A stretch of DNA of 64,000 nucleotides from Verrucomicrobiota bacterium (GCA_039806955.1 JBDHQI010000005.1:39118-103117); one strand, 5' to 3'. Shown: positions 23,549 to 34,282, numbered from the stretch's first letter. Program-made: numbers and translations. The notes: generated by a model from the letters alone, not told the origin.

Positions 23549-25264
23549 ATGACTTTCCTGCCGATTGTCGAACGCGAATTGCGCCTGGCGGCACAACGCC
23601 GCGCGACGTTCTGGTCGCGTCTGGTGGCAGCGTTGGTGGCGCTGCTGATGGGGTGCGGTCTGTATGTTTTGTTGACTGTAGTGCCCGGCGGAATCGGTAC
23701 GCACATCGGGCGGGTGCTGTTTGAGACGTTAACCTGGATGTCGGTGATTGCCGCCTCGTTGGTTGGAGTGTTTTTTACCGCCGACGCATTAAGCGAGGAA
23801 AAGCGCGAAGGCACGCTGGGGTTGTTGTTCTTGACCAACCTGCGCGGTTACGACGTGATCTTCGGCAAATTGCTGGCGACGTCGTGTCGATCAATTTTTC
23901 CGATCCTAGCCATTTTCCCGATTTTTGCCGCCACTCAATTGCTGGGCGGGGTGGCGGGAGGCACATTCTGGCGCGTGATGCTGGCGCTGACGCATGCTTT
24001 GATTTTTTCACTGATCTGCGGGTTGTTGGTGTCGGCGTTGAGTCGGCATCCACAAAAAGCGTTGTTCGGAACTCTGGCGTTGCTGTTCGTGCTGCTGACG
24101 GCGGGCTTTGCGATTGATGGCTGGTGGGCGTATGCGCGGGCACGCCCGTTTACTCTGCGATGGTCTTTGACCAGTCCGTTTTTCGTATTCTCATCAGCCA
24201 GCAGGGATCCAAATTTATTTTGGCTGGGACTCCTGGTCAGTCAGGGGATGGTGTGGGGATTGTTTGCCACGACCTGCTTTTTAATTTCGCGGACGTGGCG
24301 GGAGCGGCGCGGCGCGCGTTCCACCCGTGTGGGAATGCGGCGGAATGGGCGGCTATCGGGCGCGGCGCGCCGGCGACGCTGCGCGTCCGCCAGTTGGCTG
24401 GAAAACAGTCCGATTCTGGGGCTCGTCGGACGGCGGCGCGGTCAGGCACTGTGGTTGTGGATGGGCGTATTGATGTTGCTGGGCGGATGGTTTTATGCCC
24501 AGCAGAACAGTAATTCCGCGATGAACGGGTTGTTGGCGATTCTGATGTTGCAACTGATACCTCTCGCGCTAAGCCTCTGGGTAGCGTCGCTCGCCTGCCA
24601 TTTGTTTGCGGAATTGCGCGGCGCGCGTTGGATCGAACTGCTGTTGGTCGCACCGCTGGATTTCACAAAAGTGGCCCCGACCGCCTGGCGTGGATTATTG
24701 CGCTTATTCGGTCTGCCGGTCACCGCTATTTTTCTGATCCTACTAACCGTTGGCTTCACGAATCCGATCGCGCCCTTGACTGCCGCATCAAGTCTGACGT
24801 TTTCCTTGCTATCAGACTCGATGGTTCGCGGCCTTCTCGCGCTGGGCGGAGTGGTCGTATGGATAACAAATTTGATCGCACTGGTCTGGTTTGGATTTTG
24901 GATGGGCTTGGTGTCACGCAACAGCCTGTCCGCCACATTAAAAACCCTCCTCTTTGTGCAGGTCATTCCGTCGCTGGTGATTTCTTTCGGCTCGGGCATT
25001 TTGATGAGCTTGATGCTGGTGCTCACCGGCTGGTCAGGTGGCGGCGCTACGCGATTAGAGCTTTATGCACTGGTCACCACATTGGTGCCCATGGCGCTTT
25101 CGTTGACCAAAAATTGGGTGTTTTATTTTCTGGCCCGGAAGCGGATGGGCGAGCAGTTCCGGATTACGGCGCTCCAGGCAATCCTGCCCGCAGTGGGTTG
25201 GTCGGGACGATCGGTCTCGCCCGCGCCAATCAACGCGCCGCCAGTGATGTCCAAGGCAGACTGA
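23549..25264 (+). CDS. Polytopic membrane protein, paralog of the ABC-2 permease at 11335..12906, with no adjacent ATPase
   Basis: The N-terminus MTFLPIVERELRLAAQRRATFW and the motif ADALSEEKREGTLGLLFLTNL parallel MTRELREHARRTLTYW and SDCLSRERREGTLALLFLTPL. The alternative start is 23531. Confidence 0.55.
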   Translation: MTFLPIVERELRLAAQRRATFWSRLVAALVALLMGCGLYVLLTVVPGGIGTHIGRVLFETLTWMSVIAASLVGVFFTADALSEEKREGTLGLLFLTNLRGYDVIFGKLLATSCRSIFPILAIFPIFAATQLLGGVAGGTFWRVMLALTHALIFSLICGLLVSALSRHPQKALFGTLALLFVLLTAGFAIDGWWAYARARPFTLRWSLTSPFFVFSSASRDPNLFWLGLLVSQGMVWGLFATTCFLISRTWRERRGARSTRVGMRRNGRLSGAARRRRCASASWLENSPILGLVGRRRGQALWLWMGVLMLLGGWFYAQQNSNSAMNGLLAILMLQLIPLALSLWVASLACHLFAELRGARWIELLLVAPLDFTKVAPTAWRGLLRLFGLPVTAIFLILLTVGFTNPIAPLTAASSLTFSLLSDSMVRGLLALGGVVVWITNLIALVWFGFWMGLVSRNSLSATLKTLLFVQVIPSLVISFGSGILMSLMLVLTGWSGGGATRLELYALVTTLVPMALSLTKNWVFYFLARKRMGEQFRITALQAILPAVGWSGRSVSPAPINAPPVMSKAD

Positions 25265-25371
25265 AATGATCATGATTGGCTCATTGACAGGAGACTGATT
25301 CGAGCCGTTGCCCGCAGGTGCGATTTTGAATCTTGAATTGGCTTGGAGTTGCGGCGGATATTAGTCGCGTT

Positions 25372-27666
25372 ATGAAGAAAATCTCTTGGTTGGCCCTGGC
25401 CCTGTTGGTTGGCTGGAATGGCATGAGCAGTCGGGCGGCGCTTCCGCCGGTTCACCTCGCCAATCCGTTGCAGGGCACGGATTCAGTGGGCAGTTATTCC
25501 CACGGCAACACTTACCCGGCAATTGCCTTGCCGTTCCCCATGAATGTTTGGTCACCGTACACGCAGCCGCAACGCGACTCGTTTTTCTACCAATACCGGC
25601 AGTCGAAAATTCGCGGCATCCGCCAGACGCATCAACCAAGCCCGTGGATTGGGGATTACGCGAATTTTGCCCTGATGCCGGTCACCGGGAAATTGGTGGT
25701 GAATGAGGATGAACGGGCGTCGGAGTTCCGTCATGAATCCGAACTGGCCCAGCCCAGTTATTACCGGGTGCGTTTGGATACCTGGCAGGCAACAGCGGAG
25801 GTGACACCCACCGAGCGGGCGGCGCGCTTCCGGTTCACTTACGAAAATGAGGGAGCCGCCTACGTGGTGTTGGACGCGTTCAACAACGGCTCGAGCGTCA
25901 CCATTTTGCCGGAAGCAAATCGGATCATTGGAGTTTGCCGCAACAACAATGGCGGGGTGCCGAATAATTTCTCGAATTATTTTGTGATTGAATTTGATCG
26001 TCCGTTTGCCGCGTTCGGCGTGTGGACTCCGGAGGGCATTCATGCCGGTCAAAAACAGTTGGCGGCTCAACACGTCGGCGCATTCGTACAATTCGAAGCC
26101 CGAACGAACCGCGTGGTGAATTGCAAGGTGGCTTCGTCATATATCAGTCCCGAACAGGCGGAACGCAATCTGGCGCGGGAGATTGGCGCGGCGGACTTCG
26201 ACACGGTGCGGCAGCGCGCGGAAGCCGCGTGGAATGCGTTGATGGGGCGTTTGCAGGTGGCGGGGGGCACGGAGGAGGAGCAACGCACGTTTTACAGCGC
26301 GGTTTATCGCAGTTTTTTATTTCCGCACCGGATGCACGAATGGGACGCACACGAGCGCCCGGTGTATTTCAGCCCCTACGATGGACAAGTCCACGCGGGT
26401 TTCATGTACACCGACACGGGTTATTGGGACACGTTCCGCGCCTCGCACCCGCTCTACAATTTGCTCGTGCCAGAAATCAGCGCCGAGATCATGCAGAGTC
26501 TGGTGGCGGCGTATCAGCAAAGCGGCTTTCTGCCGTCCTGGTCCAGTCCCGGCCACCGGGATTGCATGATTGGCAATCACGCTTTCTCGCTGTTGGCGGA
26601 TGCATGGGTGAAAGGGATCACGAACTTCGATGCGCGCACGGCGTTGGACGCAATGGTACATGACGCCAACACTCAGGCCCCCGAGCGTTGCCGCTCGATC
26701 GGGCGCGACGGCGCAGCGTTCTATCATGAACACGGTTACGTGCCGACGCGTTATCGTGAAGCCACCGCCAAGACGCTGGAGTTTGCGTATGATGATTTCT
26801 GCGCGGCCGTGTTGGCTCGGGCGCAAGGTCAGGCGAACGACGCGGCGGCGTTTCTCAACAGCGCCATGAATTACACGAATGTTTTTGATCCGCAGGTGGG
26901 TTTCATGCGCGGGCGTAATGAGGATGGAAGCTGGCGCGCAAAGTTTGATCCCACGGAATGGGGCGGTCCGTTTACGGAAGGCAACGCCTGGCACTGGACG
27001 TGGAGCGTGTTTCATGATGTACCGGGATTGATCCGGTTGCTGGGCGGCGACGAGGCGTTCGGCAAAAAACTGGACGGCGTATTTTACACGCCACCGGACG
27101 TGAACGTGGGCAGTTACGGCACGATGATTCACGAGATGACCGAGATGGTGGCGGCCAACATGGGCCAATACGCGCACGGCAACCAGCCGATCCAGCACAT
27201 GCTGTATCTTTACAATTACGCCGGGCAACCGTGGAAGACACAGGTGCGGGTGCGCGAAGCAATGGCGCGTTTATATCATTCGACCCCGGACGGTTTTTGC
27301 GGCGACGAGGATACCGGACAAATGTCAGCGTGGTACGTGTTCAGCGCGCTGGGATTTTATCCAGTCTGTCCGGGCACGACCGAATATATCATTGGCAGCC
27401 CGTTGTTTGATCGCGTGACGATTACGCTGCCGCAGGGGAAACAATTCGTCGTTACGGCGAAGCGTAATGGCCCGCTACGGCCCTACATTGAAAGTGCGAC
27501 GTTGAATGGGACGATTTTTGAAAAAACATTTCTGACCCACGAGCAGATCGCTGGCGGCGGCGAGCTGGTGTTCAACATGACCTCCGCTCCGAATTACAAA
27601 TGGGCGGTGTCACCGGAAAGCCGGCCCGGCTCAGCACTGGAGCAATTGCATCAAGCCAGCCGATAA
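25372..27666 (+). CDS. GH92 family alpha-mannosidase, secreted
   Basis: A signal peptide (MKKISWLALALLVGW) is followed by GTDSVGSYSHGNTYPAIALPFPMNVWSP and further GH92-like blocks (GDEDTGQMSAWYV). Confidence 0.8.
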   Translation: MKKISWLALALLVGWNGMSSRAALPPVHLANPLQGTDSVGSYSHGNTYPAIALPFPMNVWSPYTQPQRDSFFYQYRQSKIRGIRQTHQPSPWIGDYANFALMPVTGKLVVNEDERASEFRHESELAQPSYYRVRLDTWQATAEVTPTERAARFRFTYENEGAAYVVLDAFNNGSSVTILPEANRIIGVCRNNNGGVPNNFSNYFVIEFDRPFAAFGVWTPEGIHAGQKQLAAQHVGAFVQFEARTNRVVNCKVASSYISPEQAERNLAREIGAADFDTVRQRAEAAWNALMGRLQVAGGTEEEQRTFYSAVYRSFLFPHRMHEWDAHERPVYFSPYDGQVHAGFMYTDTGYWDTFRASHPLYNLLVPEISAEIMQSLVAAYQQSGFLPSWSSPGHRDCMIGNHAFSLLADAWVKGITNFDARTALDAMVHDANTQAPERCRSIGRDGAAFYHEHGYVPTRYREATAKTLEFAYDDFCAAVLARAQGQANDAAAFLNSAMNYTNVFDPQVGFMRGRNEDGSWRAKFDPTEWGGPFTEGNAWHWTWSVFHDVPGLIRLLGGDEAFGKKLDGVFYTPPDVNVGSYGTMIHEMTEMVAANMGQYAHGNQPIQHMLYLYNYAGQPWKTQVRVREAMARLYHSTPDGFCGDEDTGQMSAWYVFSALGFYPVCPGTTEYIIGSPLFDRVTITLPQGKQFVVTAKRNGPLRPYIESATLNGTIFEKTFLTHEQIAGGGELVFNMTSAPNYKWAVSPESRPGSALEQLHQASR

Positions 27667-27685
27667 CGCGCTGAGGCGGGACGGA

Positions 27686-29932
27686 TCAGTCGGCGCGCAG
27701 TTGCTTCAGGTATTGCGCCGCCGCTTGATTTGAAGGGTCCAGGCGCAGGGTTTGGCGGAACTGCTCAACCGCTTCGGGCAGCCGCCGCTCTTTGGCCAGT
27801 GCAACACCAAGATTCAAATGGGCCAGCGCGTGATCGGGTTTGAGCCGAATCACTGCGACGAATTGTTCCCGCGCTCCGCTCAGGTCGTTGCGCAAGGCCA
27901 GTTCCACGCCCAACAAATAGCGCGCCTCCCAGAAATCAGAGCGCAACTGAATGGCCTGGCGCAAACTGGTCATGGCCACCTCGCGCTGCCCCAAAGCGGC
28001 CTGGGCTTCGGCCAAATCCAGATACAGTCGCGCGTTGTCCGGTTGCTGGGCGAGGGCGGGCTGGATTTGTGCGAGCGCGGCGGCGGGCCGATTTTGCCGG
28101 AGCAAAACCCGTCCAAGTTCCACCTGGGCGTCCGGGAGATCGGCGCGAAGCTGCAGCGCGCGATGAAATTGATTTTCGGCTTCTTCGAGCCGCCCAAGTC
28201 GCGCCAAAACTCTGCCCAAATAAAAAGCGGGGCCGAAGTGGTAGGGCAATAATGCTCCCACCTGTTGCCATTCCGTCGCGGCCGCGGTCAGATCACCGGT
28301 ATCCTCCAAGAGCTTGGCGAAGTTGCCTCGAATGGAAAAATCATCTGGACGGTGCTGCAGCGCCTGCGTGTAAGTGCCGAGGGCGGCAGGCAGCGCGTTG
28401 GAATTCGTTTGTGATCGAAGGGTTTGCAATTTCTGCTCCAGACTGGCCAGTTGGTTGGAGTGGTTGAGTTGTTGCGTGAAAGGAGGGCGCTGCTCGCGTT
28501 GCCACACATTTTGGAAGACGCGGTAACGATCCCACGGGGTGATGGCCAGTTGTTGTTCACAATCCACCGTGGCCGGCCAATCCGCCGCGGTGGAAACCTC
28601 TTGGCGCACGGGCAACCAACGGGCCGCGGACTCCGCAACAAGCCGTGCCAGCCGTTCGTTGCCGGCAAAGTTGAAATGGACGTGCTCGTAAAATGATTCT
28701 GCTCCCGGAATGGGCCCGAGTTCATGGGCTACATCCAGTAAACTGACCTGCTCATTGACAAAAGCTGCAGCGGTTTGCCGGATGATTTCGTTTTGCGTAG
28801 CTGTCGTGCGGAACGGCAGCGCGTCCAGATCTCTGGCCCGCTCGAAACAACTCTGGGCGGCATCCAGTTGGTTCAAGGCCAGGTGACAGCGTCCCAATCG
28901 AAACTGCAGTTCGGCGTAATCACCGTCGAGCGCCGCCGCTTTTTCATATTGGGCCAACGCCGCACTCCAGTCTTGGGCCGCCTCCAAGTTCGCGCCGGCT
29001 TGGATAAGCGTCTCCCAGTTGCCGTCTTGGGCGGCATCGAATTGCGGCGCGTGCAGCGAGGCGAACGGGGCGCAATCTTTCAGGTTGCTGGCTACCGTGC
29101 AAAGGAGCACCGGAATTTGGTGCCGATGCGCGAGGCGCAAAATGGCTTCGAGATTGGCGCGAAAATTTTCATCGGTTCGCCGGCGGCCGGAATCGTCCGG
29201 TCGGGTTTTGGCCTCCAAAAACAGGCGCATGCCCTGCCAGGTAGCCGGCAGGGCGGCCCCGGTCCAATCCCGGTGGATGAGCGCATCCAGTAATTGCCCG
29301 GTTCGGGTGGCTTTCAAAGCCAGGCTCGCGCGGATGAGAAATCGCGGGGGGGCTTTGGGGCCGAAGACCGTCGCGGCGCCGTACGGCCCGACTACCTCGT
29401 TGTTCCCCATGTAAATGACCCAGAGATCGCCGTCGCGTTGGGCACAATCTTGCGCGATGGGCAGCAGCGCATGGGAATTGATGGCCGTCATGGCGGCGCA
29501 GATTACTTCAAACTGCCGGTCAGGAAAACGCTCCTGCAACAGGACTTCAAGATACCGGCCAAAACCAAAAGCCGGTTCGGGATCACCCAGGGCGGCTGAT
29601 TCACCCAGAATGAAGATGCGAAAAGTATTGCTGCCTTTGGCGACGGGAAAAACGGTGGGCGGCGGAACTCGCGCGAGCGAACGCGGAAAAAAACGCAAAC
29701 CAAAATCGTCGTTGGCCACCCATACGTCGCGCCCACCGATTTGCGTTTTACGAAAAAAATTGGTGGCGTAACCGTACCCCGCCAGCCACAGCGCCAACTC
29801 CAATCCGCCAAACAACAGAACGGGAATCAGCGTCGCCGCGAGCAGCTTATGCCACCTTTCGCGCCCGCTCCGGAGCGTTGAGGTCTCCTTCGGCGACGTC
29901 ACTCGAATTGCGGATCGGGACTTGCGCTTCAC
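27686..29932 (-). CDS. Membrane-anchored TPR repeat protein with N-terminal SGNH-like region
   Basis: 748 aa. It has an N-terminal TM helix, FRIFILGESAALG, and then many TPR-like repeats in the C-terminal half. Confidence 0.65.
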   Translation of the reverse strand: MKRKSRSAIRVTSPKETSTLRSGRERWHKLLAATLIPVLLFGGLELALWLAGYGYATNFFRKTQIGGRDVWVANDDFGLRFFPRSLARVPPPTVFPVAKGSNTFRIFILGESAALGDPEPAFGFGRYLEVLLQERFPDRQFEVICAAMTAINSHALLPIAQDCAQRDGDLWVIYMGNNEVVGPYGAATVFGPKAPPRFLIRASLALKATRTGQLLDALIHRDWTGAALPATWQGMRLFLEAKTRPDDSGRRRTDENFRANLEAILRLAHRHQIPVLLCTVASNLKDCAPFASLHAPQFDAAQDGNWETLIQAGANLEAAQDWSAALAQYEKAAALDGDYAELQFRLGRCHLALNQLDAAQSCFERARDLDALPFRTTATQNEIIRQTAAAFVNEQVSLLDVAHELGPIPGAESFYEHVHFNFAGNERLARLVAESAARWLPVRQEVSTAADWPATVDCEQQLAITPWDRYRVFQNVWQREQRPPFTQQLNHSNQLASLEQKLQTLRSQTNSNALPAALGTYTQALQHRPDDFSIRGNFAKLLEDTGDLTAAATEWQQVGALLPYHFGPAFYLGRVLARLGRLEEAENQFHRALQLRADLPDAQVELGRVLLRQNRPAAALAQIQPALAQQPDNARLYLDLAEAQAALGQREVAMTSLRQAIQLRSDFWEARYLLGVELALRNDLSGAREQFVAVIRLKPDHALAHLNLGVALAKERRLPEAVEQFRQTLRLDPSNQAAAQYLKQLRAD

Positions 29933-30008
29933 GCATCAGACTCTGGCAGAGAATCCATCCAAAGAAAATTCAAATGGTGAACCGCGCGGCCCGTGTCCTG
30001 CCCAGGCT

Positions 30009-31514
30009 CTATTGCATTAACACCGGGCGGACTTGTTCCGCCATCAATTTATAGCCGTCCGCGTTGAAGTGTAGGCGGTCGTTGCGAAACAGTTCGGGGC
30101 GGATGTGTCCGTTGGCATCGAAAGTAAAATCGAACACGTCGAGGTATTTTACTTTGGGCTGCGTTTTGGCGTAGGCGGCGACCAGCTCATTCAAAGCGCG
30201 TTCCCGGGCGGCGGAATGCCATCGGCTCGGACTGTTGTTCCACGCCATAAAGACGATTTCCGTTTCGGGCAGGCGCGCATGCACGGCGGTTACGAAATCC
30301 TTGAAATCGTTGAATGTGCTCCCGGCACTTTTGCCGTCTTGCAAATCGTTGCCGCCGGAGCGAAAGATGATCTGACGTGGTGCATAGGGAAAAATGATGC
30401 GTTCGGCAAAATGCGTGGCATCCACAATTTCCGAGCCGCCGAAGCCGCGATTGATCACCGGTAACCCGGGAAAATCCTGCGCGAGGGTACTCCACAGACG
30501 AATCGTCGAAGAGCCGGCGAACAAAATCCCGTGCCGGGGCGGTGGATTGGTTTTATCTTCCGCGGCGAAGCCCGCCATGTCTTTGTCCCAAATGCTAAAG
30601 TTGCGTTGTTCGGAAACGATCCAGCGATTGAACCGCATCCAGTCGGCGCAGCGTTCCGGCCATTTGGCAGTGGGGCCATAGCGCGGATCGTGGCTGGCAC
30701 CATGTTGGCCCGCCGCGTAAGCGTGCAACTCTGACGGCACCCCGGCTTTGCGTAACGCCGCGTAGAACGCCAGTGAATTTTCGATGGGCACGGTCGTGTC
30801 GCCCATGGTGGCCACCAAAAAAACCGGGGGCGTATTCGACCGAACGTGTTGCTCCAGAGAGAGCGCCTGGAGTTGTGCGGGGGTCGGTTCGTCACCCAAC
30901 AAGGCTTGACGGGAGCCCTTGTGAGCGAATGGATCTTCCAGGGTGATGACCGGATAGATGAGCGCGGCAAAGTTGGGGCGGGCGTCCACCGCATCCAACG
31001 CGTGTCCGGTCTTGCCTCCCGGAGCAGCCCATAAAGTCGCGGCGCAAGCGGCCAGATGGCCTCCCGCCGAGCTGCCCATCACGCCGATCCGCTGCGGAAT
31101 AATACCGAATTCGTCCGCGCGCGACCGCACGATCCGAATGGCGCGCAGAATGTCTTGCAGCGGCGCAGGATGTCCGTAGTCCGAGAGGCGGTACTTGAGG
31201 ACGAATACCGTAATGCCCAAAGAGTTCAACCATTGCGCGTCGCGTATTCCCTCACCCACCGTCACATAACCGCCGCCGGGGGCGTAGATGATTGCCGCTC
31301 CCGTGGATTGGGCCACGTCGGGCGCGTACATCGTCATCGTGGGAATCTGCACGTGGCGGAAGCGGTTTTGCTCCTGGACCTCCACCACGTTCGATTTCAG
31401 GTTCGGTACCCCCTCGGGCCACAGGGGAATGACTTGCGGTTCCGCCGCGAACAATTTCAGCGTCAGGCCGCAGAAAAAGAAAATCACCAGTCGTCGAAAG
31501 CAAGCTAAGCGCAT
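30009..31514 (-). CDS. Secreted esterase: alpha/beta-hydrolase fused to an SGNH/GDSL-like domain
   Basis: It has a signal peptide, the nucleophile elbow GVMGSSAGGHLA, and C-terminal ILFAGSSTIRLW and GFGGSE blocks. Confidence 0.7.
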   Translation of the reverse strand: MRLACFRRLVIFFFCGLTLKLFAAEPQVIPLWPEGVPNLKSNVVEVQEQNRFRHVQIPTMTMYAPDVAQSTGAAIIYAPGGGYVTVGEGIRDAQWLNSLGITVFVLKYRLSDYGHPAPLQDILRAIRIVRSRADEFGIIPQRIGVMGSSAGGHLAACAATLWAAPGGKTGHALDAVDARPNFAALIYPVITLEDPFAHKGSRQALLGDEPTPAQLQALSLEQHVRSNTPPVFLVATMGDTTVPIENSLAFYAALRKAGVPSELHAYAAGQHGASHDPRYGPTAKWPERCADWMRFNRWIVSEQRNFSIWDKDMAGFAAEDKTNPPPRHGILFAGSSTIRLWSTLAQDFPGLPVINRGFGGSEIVDATHFAERIIFPYAPRQIIFRSGGNDLQDGKSAGSTFNDFKDFVTAVHARLPETEIVFMAWNNSPSRWHSAARERALNELVAAYAKTQPKVKYLDVFDFTFDANGHIRPELFRNDRLHFNADGYKLMAEQVRPVLMQ

Positions 31515-31573
31515 GAACTCATTTTGGGCGTTGCGCGCATGACGGCAATCAAAAGTTTTCTCGGCCGATCGAA

Positions 31574-32479
31574 TCAGTGGGCGAGATCACCCCACGTGGC
31601 GCGGATCATTTCGGGCGAGGCGCCGCCCCGTCGCAAGGTTTGCAAGCTCAACGCAGCGTGTCGTTTGGCCAGTCGTTGGCCATTGTCATCCAGCATCAGT
31701 TTGCAGTGATAAAAGCGCGGCGCCACGAGTTTGAGCGCGCGGTACAGCAGGAGTTGCCGCGCGGTGGACTTCAATAAATCCGCGCCGCGCACGACTTCGG
31801 TGATTTGCATGGCCGCGTCGTCCACAACGCACGCGAGCTGATACGCCGGCACATTGTCCGGTCGCCAAACGACGAAATCTCCGAAGTCTTTTCCGGCGAC
31901 AAATTTTTGCGGACCAAGATTTCCATCGTCGAAACGGATTGCCTCGCCATCGGGAACGCGGAAGCGAATCGAAGACCGGCGCGGAATGGGGGCGTTCGTT
32001 CCAGTCGCCGTCCGGGTGTCTTCGAAGTTCGGCCCCGGAAGGTTCTTGTCGCGACAAAGGCCGGGATAGATCGGTTCATCATCGTCTTCCGGATGTGGGG
32101 CCTGAACGGCCGCCGCAATGTCCTGGCGCGAGCAATTGCAACCATAGACGAAGCCGCCCGCGCGTAGCCGTTCGAGCGCCTCGCGATAGTGGTCCCATCG
32201 CTGGCTTTGGGCGTAAGGCGCCCACCGTCCGCCGCAATCTGGTCCTTCGCTCCACGCGAACCCGAACCAACGTAAGTCGTCGTACATCGCAGCGATAAAT
32301 TCCGGTTTGCAGCGTAATTGATCCAGATCGTCATTGCGCAAAATCAACGTCCCGCCCGCCACGCGTGCCCGCTCTTGCGCGATCCAGAAAGTGCGCGCAT
32401 GACCGAGATGCAGGTGGCCGGTGGGTGACGGCGCAATCCGTCCGCGATAGGAAACCCGGGAAACGGAAGGCCCAGTCAT
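31574..32479 (-). CDS. gluQ: tRNA glutamyl-Q(34) synthetase (GluQRS)
   Basis: 301 aa. It has the class I motif PSPTGHLHLGHARTF and the KMSKS-like RLAKRH. It has GluRS catalytic-domain length and no anticodon-binding domain. Confidence 0.85.
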   Translation of the reverse strand: MTGPSVSRVSYRGRIAPSPTGHLHLGHARTFWIAQERARVAGGTLILRNDDLDQLRCKPEFIAAMYDDLRWFGFAWSEGPDCGGRWAPYAQSQRWDHYREALERLRAGGFVYGCNCSRQDIAAAVQAPHPEDDDEPIYPGLCRDKNLPGPNFEDTRTATGTNAPIPRRSSIRFRVPDGEAIRFDDGNLGPQKFVAGKDFGDFVVWRPDNVPAYQLACVVDDAAMQITEVVRGADLLKSTARQLLLYRALKLVAPRFYHCKLMLDDNGQRLAKRHAALSLQTLRRGGASPEMIRATWGDLAH

Positions 32480-32488
32480 GCGGGAGGT

Positions 32489-33499
32489 TCAATAGGTGAG
32501 CAAGCTGATCAAATCCAGCCCGCGTTGCGTCAGTTCCCAACGGCCCTGACGTTGTGTTATCAAACGGCGACAGGGATTTCGCTGATACTCCACATGGTTC
32601 ACGGAGAGCAGTTGCACCGTCGCTTTACTTTTGATTTCATCCGCCGCGCATGGCGTGACGGCAATGGGAATGCCCATGAAATTCAGCTTGAGTTCGTAAC
32701 TGGCCACGTCGTGCGGATCCGCGGCGGCGGACGGTTGCACAAGCGCGGCGTAACGGTGCAACCATGGAAAATCGGTCTTGCGGACCAGGACGCGGCACAA
32801 CTCAGGTTGCTGTTGCAGCCACCGGGTCAGATTAAAGTTCGTCCCCAATTTTCGCTGCTCCAGCAGTACGGCTTGCGGGTCAAGACCAAGCAGGTTTTGG
32901 CCGTTCCACTGGCCGTGGTCATTGCGCTGTTGGGGAGCGTGTTGCTGATGCCAGGCCGCGAAGCGGTCATTTAACATCACGTTCAACTCGAAATGAACGT
33001 GGGCGCGTTCTTTGGAAATGCCTTCACCGGTGTTGGCGGTCCGCCCCATGATGGCGATGGTTTCGCCGGATTTTACCTCGTTTCCGATCACGAGGTCTTT
33101 GCGGATTTCCCGCAGGTGCGCGTAGAGCGAATAAATTTCCAACCCATCCACCAGGTGGCGGATCACCAGATAATTGCCATAGTTGGAAAGCGCCGGTTTG
33201 CGATTGAGATAAACCACCGTGCCGTTCGCCGTGGCCACGACGGGATCAATCGGCTCGCCTTTTCCGTCGCGTTGCAGGCAGCGGATATCGAGTCCTTCGT
33301 GCAATTGCCAGCCGCCGGTGCGGACGCAACCAAAGGCGCCGCTCGGCCACGGCTTGCCCACGGTGGGGACAAAAAAACGCGCACCGCCTCCGTCCGCGTC
33401 GTAAAGCGCATGGTTGGCGGTGGGCAGTTGAAAAGGTTGCGCGAGAGAAAGAGCAACTCCGGCCAGACTGGCCAACGTGCCACAAAAATACTTCAACAT
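32489..33499 (-). CDS. M23 family metallopeptidase
   Basis: A signal peptide is followed by HEGLDIRC, LYAHL and ERAHVHFEL, the zinc-ligand blocks of M23. Confidence 0.8.
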   Translation of the reverse strand: MLKYFCGTLASLAGVALSLAQPFQLPTANHALYDADGGGARFFVPTVGKPWPSGAFGCVRTGGWQLHEGLDIRCLQRDGKGEPIDPVVATANGTVVYLNRKPALSNYGNYLVIRHLVDGLEIYSLYAHLREIRKDLVIGNEVKSGETIAIMGRTANTGEGISKERAHVHFELNVMLNDRFAAWHQQHAPQQRNDHGQWNGQNLLGLDPQAVLLEQRKLGTNFNLTRWLQQQPELCRVLVRKTDFPWLHRYAALVQPSAAADPHDVASYELKLNFMGIPIAVTPCAADEIKSKATVQLLSVNHVEYQRNPCRRLITQRQGRWELTQRGLDLISLLTY

Positions 33500-33520
33500 G
33501 AAACTGGTTTGCCGCCGGAG

Positions 33521-34087
33521 TCAGTTGGCTGGCCTGGCGCTAAACTTGCCGCTGAATGCCCCGTCCTGGTCCTCGAATCCGGCGACATTGTTCCAGCCCT
33601 GCACCATCGCTTTGGCTTCAGCGCGGTCGGCATCCGGCGTGAACGAGAGCACGCCGTCGCGGATCGGTTTGGTGATCAATGGCGCGGCAATCCAGCGATC
33701 GAAGACGTTGGTACTGATGCGGAACTGGGCGCGCACCGCCATCCGACGACGGAGATTGGAGGCGGTGTATTGCTCCAGCAACCACTGGCCCTGCTGATTG
33801 AATTTAATCATGATCAAAAAATTATCATCCGTATCAATGAGCTGCGCGGCAAGAATCTGGGACTCGTACAGGAAGGGTTGTTTTTCAATATTGATCGTCA
33901 TGGGTGCGGTGCGCAGCACTTTGATGAACTCACTTTGGCCGGGCGGAAGGGGATTCGATTCCATGTGGATGCGCAACAGCGCCGGCGACTTTTCCGCTTT
34001 CTTTTCCGGCGATTGACAGCCCGCGAGCACCGCCACTCCAGCGACCAGCAGCACTTTGAGATTGAATTGCACCAACCGACTCACCAT
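33521..34087 (-). CDS. Hypothetical lipoprotein
   Basis: The internal ATG at 34087 gives MVSRLVQFNLKVLLVAGVAVLAGCQS, which has a lipobox (LAGC). I see no other motif. Confidence 0.45.
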   Translation of the reverse strand: MVSRLVQFNLKVLLVAGVAVLAGCQSPEKKAEKSPALLRIHMESNPLPPGQSEFIKVLRTAPMTINIEKQPFLYESQILAAQLIDTDDNFLIMIKFNQQGQWLLEQYTASNLRRRMAVRAQFRISTNVFDRWIAAPLITKPIRDGVLSFTPDADRAEAKAMVQGWNNVAGFEDQDGAFSGKFSARPAN

Positions 34088-34133
34088 AGTGGCGACACCA
34101 AATCGTAATACGAAAGCAAAGTAAAGACTTAGT

Positions 34134-34238
34134 ATGGGAAAACAATTGAACAAGATCATCAAACGGAAACGCGCCCGCGCTTACTTGAAACGGAAGAAAG
34201 CCACGATCAAGGGCAAGCGCAAAAAAGCGTCCGCCTGA
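34134..34238 (+). CDS. 34-aa highly basic small ORF (MGKQLNKIIKRKRARAYLKRKKATIKGKRKKASA)
   Basis: I hand-translated it because it is too short for the ORF track. It is followed within 17 nt by a strong intrinsic terminator. Function is unknown. Confidence 0.35.
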   Translation: MGKQLNKIIKRKRARAYLKRKKATIKGKRKKASA

Positions 34239-34254
34239 GTTTTTTGACAACGAC

Positions 34255-34282
34255 AAAGCCGTCCGTTAAGGACGGCTTTTTT
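34255..34282 (+). terminator. Rho-independent terminator
   Basis: The sequence is AAAGCCGTCC-GTTAA-GGACGGCTTT followed by TTT. This is a 10-bp perfect stem plus a T-run, located between convergent genes. Confidence 0.6.
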
